Source: Klebsormidium nitens
Lineage: Eukaryota > Plantae > Klebsormidiophyceae
Length of the DNA: 64,000 nt
Assembly: GCA_000708835.1 (NCBI GenBank)
Contig: DF237153.1
Location: 31,227 to 95,226, forward strand
Reading direction: 5' to 3'
Shown here: piece after piece, positions 23,065-34,000 of the stretch
Numbering within the stretch: position 1 is the first letter of the stretch
Layout of the letters: every line of letters begins with the position of its first letter
The notes under the pieces: model-generated
What the model was told of the DNA's origin: nothing
Databases searched by the model: none
Seen by the model: the letters and a program-made list of their open reading frames with translations, nothing else
Position numbers and translations under genes: made by a program

Positions 23065-26000
23065 CTACGAGGAAACGCTGGACAGAGCGTCCTCCCCCCC
23101 GTTCACCGCCCCGTAGAGCCCCCGGCTAGCCTCCCGGGAGGCGGCCTCCAGGGCCGCGGTACATACCGCCTCTAGTTCGGGCAGGACCTCCTTCGCCAGA
23201 TCCGCCCGATCCCGGCGCAGCATCGTGGCGCATCTGAGGCCCAGCTTGGCGACCTGCAGAATAAGGGATGGCAGTGCTAGGTCGCCAGATTCGAACACTG
23301 ACCAGAGTGCGTTGAGCTAGAGGGGGACAAAAGTCAGTTTCGGAAGCCGTTTTACGAAGCTGGACTGCTTGAGACAAAGCGACGGTAAATTCTTGATTAA
23401 GGAGGGAAAAGGTCCTAGTTGGCGGCTGTGCAGAGTGGGTCGTAACAACCGCTTGGAAACGCTGGCGCAACAGGTCTTGGCCCTAAGCAGCGGAGCAGCG
23501 GGCTCTATGACGCGATGACAATTCTCATGTCTATTTGCAAACCAAGGGACCCCAGACACTCAGCTCCTTGTCACTCGACTCCATTTTCACATGATACACT
23601 TAGGAGTCCCCCGCAATTTTTCCAACCAGCAATCTCGTCGAAACATTCCAGAAAAACCCAAAAGTAGACTCAGCAGAACGGCCCTCTGTAGCGAAAGCCC
23701 CACACCGCTTCAAAAACCAAGGATTCCTGTAAACAGATCACAGTCTTCCCTGCGAGCGCACTCTTCATATATATCCGCTTTTGAGCGACAGCAGCTCACG
23801 AACGGCTCACCTTAGTCGCCACCTCTTCCGGCCAGCTCCCCGCCGTCCGATCGACCAGCGCCATGACGCGCCCTTGGTTGAGAGCGTCTTCGACGGCGCC
23901 CACGATCTGCTGCGGGGGCCGGTTGGTGAGCAGCTGGAGGAGGCATATGCCGAACGCGTAAACGTCGCTCTTCTGGTTGAACGTGCCCTGCTGCAAGTAT
24001 TCTGCAAGATGCGACAGACTTTTGAGTGATTTAGTTTGATGCAGCCAAGATTGCCAGTTTGGGAACGGGTGAGTTACTTTGGGGGGTTTAGGATGGGTAC
24101 AAGGATGCGGAGGAAGTGAATTTGACGAGCTATACTGTTAAATTTCGAGCTGATTGGTTCCAACGCTCATCAAGAGTCCGCAGGGTTAGTGCGCATTTCG
24201 TTGGAGTTGATCCCGGCAGGCGTTTTTCGGAAAGCAACGGCTGCAACGATTGTTCTGTATTAAAAATGCGCGGATTGATTTGCATCTCTTCTCTGGCGGC
24301 GGAGGCATGTTGCAAAAGACTCGGATCAATCTAGGGACAATCTGAAGGAATCGTAACAACCCATTCTACGGAAAGCTTTTAGTTGCGAAGTTTTCTTACC
24401 TGGGTCCATGTAAAGGAGCGTCCCCTGAGGGCGCGTGTCAAACATCAACGTCTGCAAGTTCCCGCTGGAACCTTGCGCCGCACGCGAGAGTACTGTAGTC
24501 GCAAGTTCGGGCGCCACTCTTGCCATGCCGACGTCACCCAGCTTGGCGGTGAGATGCTGGTCGAGCAGAATATTGGACGGCTTGAGGTCTTTGTGGATGA
24601 TCATGGGACGAGAAGTATGCATGGCGCGCAGTGCAATCGCGACCTGCGGAAGAAGTGGTTAGGAAAAGGCTTTCAGGAGTTACTTCAGGAGCTCACTAAG
24701 AAAGTGCTTAGGGCCTTAACAACCAGAATCAGAAAGTGGAAGGTTTAGAGTGCAGGGTTGGACGGCTTCAGGTCCTTGTGGATGATCATGGCGCCGCTCA
24801 ATCATGATCTGCAGACGAAGTGGTTAGGGGCTTAACCTTTAAGGGTTCCTTCTAAAAAACGGGAATCGGGTGGGGATCCAGATTCGGACGGCGGGGCTTT
24901 GTGGATGACCATTGGACGGGGCGTGTGCATGAAGCGCAGCGCAATCGCAACCCGCGGAGACAATGCTCAGGGTCTTAACCGTCAGGGTATATCTTCAGGG
25001 AATTGAAGCGAGTTTGGCGTCTAGAAATGGGTTGAACGGCTTGAGGTCCTTGTGGATGATCATGGGACGGGACGTATGCATGGCGCGCAGCGCGATCGCA
25101 ACCTGCAGAAACAACGTTTGGGGTCTTAACCTTCAGGGGTTACTTTCTGAAGTCGGAGAGTTTAGAGTTTAGGGTATGATGGCTTCAGGTCCTTGTGGGT
25201 GAGCATTGGACGGGACGGGCGCATGATGTGCGGCGCACTCGCAACCTGCAAACGGAATGCGTAGTGCCTCAACCTTCGGGGGTAGGTTATGGCGAATCGA
25301 GATTCAAAGTTCGGGGTTAACCCATTTCAGGCTCATCAAATTGACCCGGGCCGTCGATCCTACACCTTCTATTAGCACCCCCGGAAGGTGTAGGATATTC
25401 TTTGGGCTAGGCGCAGAAAAGAGAAGAACAAAAGGAGCACCAGAGCGTGGGGGAAGTTGAGCGAATCGCAGCCCGTACCTCAAAGGCGATCCTGATCCTG
25501 CTCATGTAATCCAGCGATGCGGAGTGGTCCCTTCTGGCGAGGCGGTCCTCGAGCGACCCGTTGGCGCAGTACTCGTAGACGAGGCAGCCGCGCTCGGGGC
25601 AGCAGCCCATGAGCATCACAATGTGCGGGTGGCGCAGGCCACTCAGGATCTCCACCTCGCGCTGGAACTCGTCGGGACCCTGGAAAAACGGGTTACGTGG
25701 AGGTATGGGATTCAAATCGGTCGACAACATGTTCCTGGCGACGGTTTACACCGACGGTATACCTGAACTGTAATCTCCAAGAAGCAGTCCGTCGATTTCC
25801 CAAGTATTTTCTAACCCCGGCGCAGTACGCGGATGGCATGAAAACTTGGGGCATAGAAGGCGGATGGCGCAAGATACTTGGAGTTTTCACCTCGCGCTGA
25901 ATTAAAATGGGGCTTGCAAAAGCGGATCCAGGAACGTGACTTAGTTGGTATAAATGCAATGAAAGCACTTGAATTGCGGCGGAATGCTGAAGAGAATTCG

Positions 26001-29000
26001 GTCATAAACTGGCACGTCATACTGGTTTGAATAAGAAGTGAGGGTCGCCTTTCTGGTTAGGAATCTGACACCCACCTGCAAACCCTCGGGGTTTAGGACC
26101 TTGATAGCAGCCGACCTGTGCTCCAGCCTGCCTAGGTAGACCTTCCCGAACCCACCCTCTCCAAGCAGCTTTGCCGGGCTGAAGTCATCGGTGGCCGCCT
26201 CTAGTTCTCGGAACGAATACACGCGGCACTGCGACTGAGGCTTTCGCCGCTTGATCAGTTCCTGCATTCGATCGCCGTCAAAATAAATGCGTGGTCTGGT
26301 AGCTTACCAAGGCGTTAGCACAACTTGAAACGTGATAGGACATGCACGGTTACTCCAGGCCCTCTACGGTGCTGAACGCCCGAACTTGCCCTACTATCAG
26401 TCCGGTCCGTCAAAAGAAGACTCAGACGCGCGGAGTGTGCATTTCCCGAGCTCTGACAATCGACGCCTTGAAGGATGGAGATGCTCAAAGAAGCACTAAG
26501 GGGTCGTCTAGGTCGTGTGGCCAAGTCCGTGTTTGAGCCCCGCTTGAAAAAGGTCGGTTTCCCAACGAAGAGAGAACGGCCGATGTCAGTCTCTGATCAA
26601 GTGAGCCTACGGAAGATCCCAACTTTTCTGTTCCTTATTCAATCAATGCCATTCTCAGTCATACGATATAAAGAGCAACCTGGTATTGGGTTCCGTTGAC
26701 AACAGAGACTTAAAGTGCTGCGGATCGTACAGTCATGTATGTTGCGAAGCTACGCTCACCTTTTCTTGGCGTTCCTTCTCGGCCGCCTCCTTCGCCAGGC
26801 TGGCCTCCACCTCGCGCAGCTGCCGCTCATAGTTCGCCTGCTGGGCTTGGAGCCTGAAAGACACAAGTGCAGCGTACGGTCATTATGTCCCAAGAGACGG
26901 TGATGATTCAACGTCTGAAAGGCAGCTGATAAAAATGGAATGTGCCATTTCGGTACTACCGAGGAAGCTGCTGCTAAAGGCACCCTCGGAGGCCCCGACC
27001 AAGACATAGAAGTAGTGACTTTGCTTCGAAAAGTGGACCGAGCACAGAAGCACAACCCACCACGTTCTTTTACAGCTTGACGATTCCTCCTTCTTCTTGA
27101 TTCCCTGTGGCAGCAGCGCTCAGACATTGCTTTCGAGATCGGCGCAAAGCAGTCCTCACCTGGCTGTTGCCGCTTCCGATAGCTGCAGCTTCCTCAGCAC
27201 ATCCGCCAGCTCGTCACTGCCCCGCACGTCCTCTTCCCGACCCATGGTTTCCCCCTCGACATACTCGCTATGCTCGGGTACAGATCCGGGCACCCGCTGA
27301 CCCTGGCGGTTAACCCAAGCCTCCGTCGCGGTTACCGAGTCAGGAGTGCCGGTTCGGGACTGCAGCATTACCGGTTGAGAGGGGGATCCCTGAGGAAACG
27401 GCCCGGGCTTGCTGCTAACAGATAAGGCGCTCGAGCTGACCACTGAGCGGGGGGACTCGTTTGCGGGGGTGGACGGGCGCGAGTCGTGGGACACTGTCGA
27501 GGGAGGTATGATCGGAGGCAGGAAAGCCGCGCTGCAAAAGAAGGATCCGTGAACTGTCAGACCACTAGATAGTCTGGGCCGTTGTGATTGCCTTGAATTG
27601 AGTGCGCCTGCTGCTGGAGGCGCAACCAAACAAGAGTAGAATCTTGGCTCGAATCTTGCCCCTGAGCCGTCGAAACCCTGTGACCCCCATACTGCCAAAA
27701 CCCCCAAGCCCCCAAAAGTGTGCACTCCTTAAACCGTTGAAAATTAAGACCAGTGGTCTTTGCACATGCACATTGTGAAGGAGGCTTCCAAGCCGAAGCA
27801 TGCAAGTGCTGGCTTGACAAATCAACTCAACTTTGAAGTCATTGGATCAAGTTGGGCTGGCCTCTTCTTCAATCTTACCTTTGGCCCGGCATGTCTTTTC
27901 CGAGTCCACGTTTTGCTCCTGACCCCGCCACGCCCCTCTTCCCGTCATAGAACTGAGAGGTCAACAATTCGCCCCTGCTGTTGACCAGAAACACGCTGCA
28001 ACGGGCTTTCTTAGCCACTCGCGCCGTCAGGCCCTTCTTCCGGAAACTGCAAAAAAATGCAGCACCTTGTGTTGAAAGAACGAGATTGGGCCTACTGACA
28101 GATGTCTGATCTCATGAGGCCCTAACAAAGATTTCAGCGAGCCAGTAAAGCTTTGATTTGTTGTGGTTTGTGAAACGATTAGGCCCTGACAAAGCCAGTG
28201 GAACTTCATTTGTTAGTTGTTTATTGAAAGAACCAGACGCAGAGCATGGACAATTGATGGAAGTAAATCGTGCAATATGCTGCCACATATGTGAAGACCC
28301 TGGAGAAGCACAACGACATGGGATACAGCAAGATTGAGCTCAGAGTTGGGGAGCAGATCCGCAGACCAGCTTTTAGAGACGATCACAAAACGTTGGATCC
28401 GAGTCAAAGTGAATCGGTGAGGGGCCTTAGGTAGCATTTCTTGCCGCTATGTTTGGAAGACCTCGGGCAAGACGGTAAAGTCAAAGGGCAGGTTCGCTTA
28501 CGAGAACCCAGTCCTTCCGCCGGTCCCCATGACGAGGTGCGTGGCCCCGACCTCTTCGACAATCTCGAGCATGACTGGTTCGCGGTCGGTGCCGCAACGG
28601 ATCGTGATGGAGGCTTTTACCTGCATTCTTAGGAAGTCTGCTCAGAACTTTGGTCATTTTGCCAAATGCTGTGCAGGACAGCTGGATAACAAGTATAACT
28701 AGTAAGAAAGCTGTTACCTGACTCTGAAGATGTTAAGAGACCTTCGCACCACGGATCAAGTGGGGTTCAGTTGCCCTTAGATGCACCCCAGAGCTGCGCT
28801 ATCATTAGAGCACCAAAATTAGGCAAAAGAACATTCAAATTGTCAGGCCAACCAGTCCACCAAAAGAATGACAGGGGCCGGAGTGAAATCTCTTACGCTC
28901 TGTTGCTTGCAGACCGCTTGGTACTCCTCAAGAAAGATTGCCGCCTTCCTCCCCTCCTCCTGAATGTAGTCAGCCTGGCATTGATCCTCTGCCCACGCCA

Positions 29001-29518
29001 GCGGCATTGGTCCCTCTGCAGAACAGGAAAGCATCTATTGAGCGCCCTGTTATTCTAGAGAATCGGTCGTCATCTACAGAAAAGTTTTGAGCATTCTTCA
29101 CATATTCTGATCAACAGAGCTTCAGGTTGAGATACAAGCTGTGGAGATCCTTGAGCGGACAACTGCATCAAGTATTACACACTGACAGCTAGAAATAAAT
29201 TCGATGCACTCAATTCAAATCGGAGGGGTGTCACAAGAGTCTGAGAAGGAGACATAGCACTTCTCTAGCTGACCAAATGACTTCATGCCCGCAATGCATC
29301 GCTAACCGGCACAGAGGCCTTCAGAGTAGCACATGAGGATGTAGCTTACTAGGAGTTGGGATCAGGTCTGGAATCTTCACAATGTGCGCCAGAATGACTT
29401 GATCCACACCGGCTTTCACAAAGAAGTTGATCGCCCATTGCAAGGCCTCTCGGCACTCGGCACTTGTGCTGCTCTTCAGCGCAACAATCACCGTCTTGCC
29501 TGCCTCCATGTCGACCAT
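23065..29518 (-). CDS. Paralog of the U-box kinase: USP-like domain plus kinase, U-box lost, ~683 aa
   Basis: 11 exons: 29518-29350, 29015-28897, 28620-28502, 28046-27879, 27531-27160, 26853-26760, 26261-26076, 25679-25479, 24643-24400, 24001-23811, 23253-23065. Intron phases match the 7.8-15.5 kb gene, and several exons have identical lengths (169, 119, 186, 201, 191 nt). An in-frame TAG lies at 23067-23065. Confidence 0.9.
24053..24113 (+). mobile_element. Partial copy of the same MITE-like element (kinase B intron 9)
   Basis: gccagtttgggaacgggtgagttactttggggggtttaggatgggtacaaggatgcggag. Confidence 0.55.
24644..25250 (-). repeat. Four degenerate tandem copies of 3' splice site + start of kinase exon 9
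   Basis: Acceptor positions at 24809, 24952, 25103 and 25246 versus the real one at 24644. Each copy is followed by a variant of the ...ATGATCATCCACAAGGACCTGAAGCCG exon-start sequence. Confidence 0.9.
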
Positions 29519-31061
29519 GGCAGCTTCTGCGCGCACAGGGCCTGGTTTTATTCTTGGTGGTAACCCAATGTGACTGCTTCTACTCCAACTTGTGCATTTT
29601 AAGTTTTCTTGTAAAGGATGTCTCACATACGCTATGGAGAGGGCGGCAAATGCACCTCGATTGAGCTGCAGATCACGGCTGCGCTGAGCCTAGAAAGCTG
29701 ACGACATCTTTTCCAAAGCTCAGATGCACCTCTCCTCCCTAGGCAAGCTACAAAACTAAAAGCTGAGCTTCCTAGTCAATGGATCTACTCCAATACTTCG
29801 CCTTGCTGCTCGTTTCCGTTGGACCTCTTCCTCTGACCTTCTGTCAGATTTCCTTTTAAGTTCTAGCTTGATCTTTACTGCAGTACTTCTGCAGGATCTC
29901 TTTCAGAACGCCCTTCTTCGGATCTTTCTGCGCCTAGACTCTACAGCCTGCAATCTGCACTACAGGCCAGAGCATCATTGTTTCGTCAGCTACACTGAGC
30001 AGATTCTGCTGCTCAAGATTTCATCCGGCATTCCGCAATCTTCGCTGGACTAGAATGGGACGTAGAACATGCAACTGTCGATCCCGAAACAGCTGGTGAC
30101 ATCAGCCCTGATCGGACGATGTAGAAGGCAATGTATACTTAGATCGGACGGTGAATTACTACCTGTCAGACACCAAGTCATATGATACACTTAAATGAAA
30201 GTTCAGAAGACGGTCAGGCGTTTTCGGAGACGGCCGCCAGTAACAGAGTTCGCGGCGTTTGTGATGCACGGATTCCTCGTCTTATTTCGCCGAAATCTGG
30301 CCAATAGCTTGCCGTCAAGATCCCGGTTGCATTTTCCCGGCAATATGATCTGGGTACCAAACCCTGTGTAAAACCTCACGAGCCGGCGAGCGGCCGCGCC
30401 ACAGCCGCTCGCGATCGGTAGATTTGAATCCTTATGATCGATACCATGGCATGCGACCCTATCAAAGCGGAGATCCTCAGCTGCTGCAGGAGAGCCGCTA
30501 AAGGAGGTTGGATTTCGCTCCCACGCCACAAACTTTTGAAATTGGTCCGCGAAAGACACCAGTCTGTCAAACTGAAATTCGACAATCTCAATATCTGATC
30601 CGTCTGAGCCACGTCGAGGTGTAACCAGCGGCCGCGCACAACGGTCTGCCAAGCAAGGTAATTAACTGGTTGGACGATCATGCACTAAGTATAGAAACCA
30701 CAATGTGAACAATCCGGTGTCAGTGTGAAAGAGTATCAACAACAATCTCGATGTTCCGAATGCATGTGAAGTATGCGCCCCAGCTACCATATGCCAGACG
30801 GCTTTGTGAAGGCAGGTGTTTTTGATCAATTTTGATTTCGATCTTGTATCATTGTGGTACGTTGCAGGCCGCCGGCCAGGCCCGCTTGACGAGCTTTGTG
30901 GAATCCTTCTGTTGCATACTGGTTGGCAAGCTTGGCAGATGCGCTTCCGCTCATGTATAGCAACACGTGGTTGAGCAGATTGGACGAGTCTTTCAGAACG
31001 GCTCATAATCTTGGCAAACTTATGCAAGGTTTACCTAAGTTGTCCATATCCAATTCTTGGC

Positions 31062-34000
31062 TCAAGCTGGCGCCCCTTGCAACTTGAACTTCTCTAGGAC
31101 TCTTTGTAGCCGCGGTAGCTGCTGATACGCCGCCACGGATCGCCTTGCTTGCACTATTGACCCCACCTGCATGGCAAGGATGTGCGTCGTATGAACCCCT
31201 GTGGAACCCTGTTAACAAACCTTGCAAAACACAGGCATACCGAGTTCTAATGACTGCAGCGCCATGTTTGTGGTGTACCGCTTGTTTTTGTCCTTCTCAA
31301 CAATTCTTTTTTAGCTTGAGCGGAATGCGCATGACTCGAACAGGAAGAGCGCTTACCAGAATGAGCATGGACGTGAAACCGATATTCTCGCCGCCCAGCA
31401 TCGTCTGCCGAAAGTACGCGTCGATTTGAGTGGACACGATGGCCAGGATCCCAACCAGCATCCCCCCTGCAGAAGCCCAAACGTGACGTCAGAGATGCAC
31501 ACACATGGCGTCAGCGAAGCACAACAGCAGGCACAAGGAGGCGGCAAAGGTACAGAACAACAGTCCCACCGAGCATTCCCTCTGTAGGAGGCCAACCATG
31601 ACGTCAGCAACGCACAGTAGCGTAAGAAAAGGAGGCGGCGGACCCATGACCACGAAAAAAGGATGAGCTTTTCGAAAAACCCTAGCAACGCCCGATAGGG
31701 AAACTCAGCAAAGCGGGACGCTCGCGAAGGGGCTTGGCCAACGCGTCAGCGGCAGTCATTGGCTGAAGCCATCAGGAAAGAGAGTTCAAGGAAGTAAGGC
31801 CAGCAAAAAAAGGGCAGCGAAGTGCCTCAGCAAAAGGCGTCAAAGGCGACGACGTTTGATACCTCGTCTGCCTGTGTCGTCTGCGCAACACTCACTTTTT
31901 GATAGATAAGATTCGCTTGACAGAACAAACAAATATCCATTTGGATGGCTGGGGGATCTCAACGCAAAGGACCCGTCAAGCGCTGGGATACGCCGCTGGA
32001 ATGAGCGGTCAAAGTGAAGCGGCTGCTCACAACAAAGGCACAAGGGGCTCCGTATACAGCACGAGTACGTCGCTATCGACCTGCCTGGTTTCAACCAAGC
32101 GGTTGAACCAAATTCAACCAGCATCTCAACTCAAGATAGAAGGCCTCATAGAGGGCCTCGTAAGCGCTAAAGGAAAGGCTTTATAAGCGCTTGAGATAAG
32201 CGGTTGCTTACCCCAGAAGCGCGCGCTGGTCTGTACGTAGCGTAAGTATTGCACCGTTTGTCGCCCGGGCCGGATCTGGGGAACACGTGCCCCGATCTGA
32301 TTGAGCCACTTGGACAGCTCCGTCGGGTTGTCGGACTGTATGGAGAAGAAGGACGATTCTGATGGGGCAGTATCGTGTCTCTCGTTTGAAGCAACTGGTG
32401 AACTCCGAAGGATAATCTACTTGTCGACCTTGTTCGACCAACAGATCGCCACAGGAGGGAGGAGGCTAGAAAAGCGAGAGGGGGATATGAAGTGTCCTGA
32501 TGCTGCCGCTATTTGCAGATTCGTTGAGGATCGTTGACTTTCAGACATTTGTGAAAGCAACGCGTTGATACCTAGGGCGAAATAGAAACAAAGCCCCTTC
32601 GCCTTGAATACAGTGCCCAAAGGTCCTACTCTCGTAGTTCTACATGAAGCCGGGATCTGAACGGGCTGCTGAGGACGTCATTCCGCTGCTACCAGACAGA
32701 AAGCCAAAGAGAACAGCGAGGCCCGGTTCGGCATACTTACGATGTCTACCAGGTTGCACAAGAAGATGACGGCGAACGTGAGCGTTTGGAAGAAGACCGG
32801 GTGCTGAATCGGGTCCATCAGGGACGCCAGGGCACTGATAAACCGGTTACTTGTCACTCTGCAAGAAGTGGAAATGAAGGAGCGGTCAGTTGTGGTTCAT
32901 AACTTATCTTGGGTAATCCCAGTCGCATACAAGCGATAGTCGATGTGTGTGTCAGAGGGTGTCATAGTGGTCAGAAGATATAAGCGATGATAAATGTCGC
33001 CAGCAGCCTTAAAGCCTGCCGTGTAGCTTTTGAGTCTTGAGGAAGGCGAACGAAGTCATCAACAACCGACAAACCAGAGAGTATCGAGGCGCTAATGGGG
33101 ACCATGTAGCAAGAAGCCCGGCCCTTCCGTATCGGGGACTCCACGCCTTCAATTTCCATTCAGACAATCTATCCATACTTCAGCTTTGGTTCAACAAGCC
33201 GTGGTTGGATTAAATTCTCTCTTCCTACTGAACTTCCTACTTGGGTGGGAAAGCTTCGGACGCTTTGGACACTCCCTAGGTTCTCATGGATTCTAAAGAG
33301 ACCGAAACAGACTCAAGGTTTCAGCAACTGATGGAAACGACAAAGCATGACTGAAGCAGTCGAGTCAAGCTCTTCGCCACAGAGAACAGCTTCCCGCACC
33401 TGCAAACGCTCCTATAATGACAGCTGTGATGAGTCGCGTTTAGTGCAACACGATTCATCTTTAGTCAATCGTGATCAAAGTGTTTTGTGATGTATCAGAG
33501 GTAGAACGTAAACATGAGGTAGAACGTAAACATTTCTTACTATCAGTGATCAGAGTAAGGTGTAATACTTCAGAGGTGGAACATAAACAATCCATATAAG
33601 GGCAATGAATAACAAAAGGCTCACCCGGCGACGAACTTGGGCACCCCCAGAAAGATGCTGGCGACCATGATGGGCTGCATGCCCCCCGGGTTGATCAGAA
33701 TCGGCACGTACTGGTCCTGCATCACGTCGTGCAGGGTGCTCCTGCGAACACCAAGAGGTTCAAGAGGTTTAGCGTTACGTGTAGCTTCTGCAAAGCCTTT
33801 GCTTTTCGAATTACCAAGGGGCCGCTAAAGCAAGACTCACGTCGTGCAGGGTGCTCCAACGAACATCAGGAGGTTAACGGAATTTAGCGTTACGTGTAGC
33901 ATCTGCAAAATCTTTCGTGTTCGAAGGGGCCGCTAGAGCAAGACTCGCGTCGTGCAGGGTGCTCCTGCGAACATCAAGAGGTTCAGTTGCTTTAGCTTTA

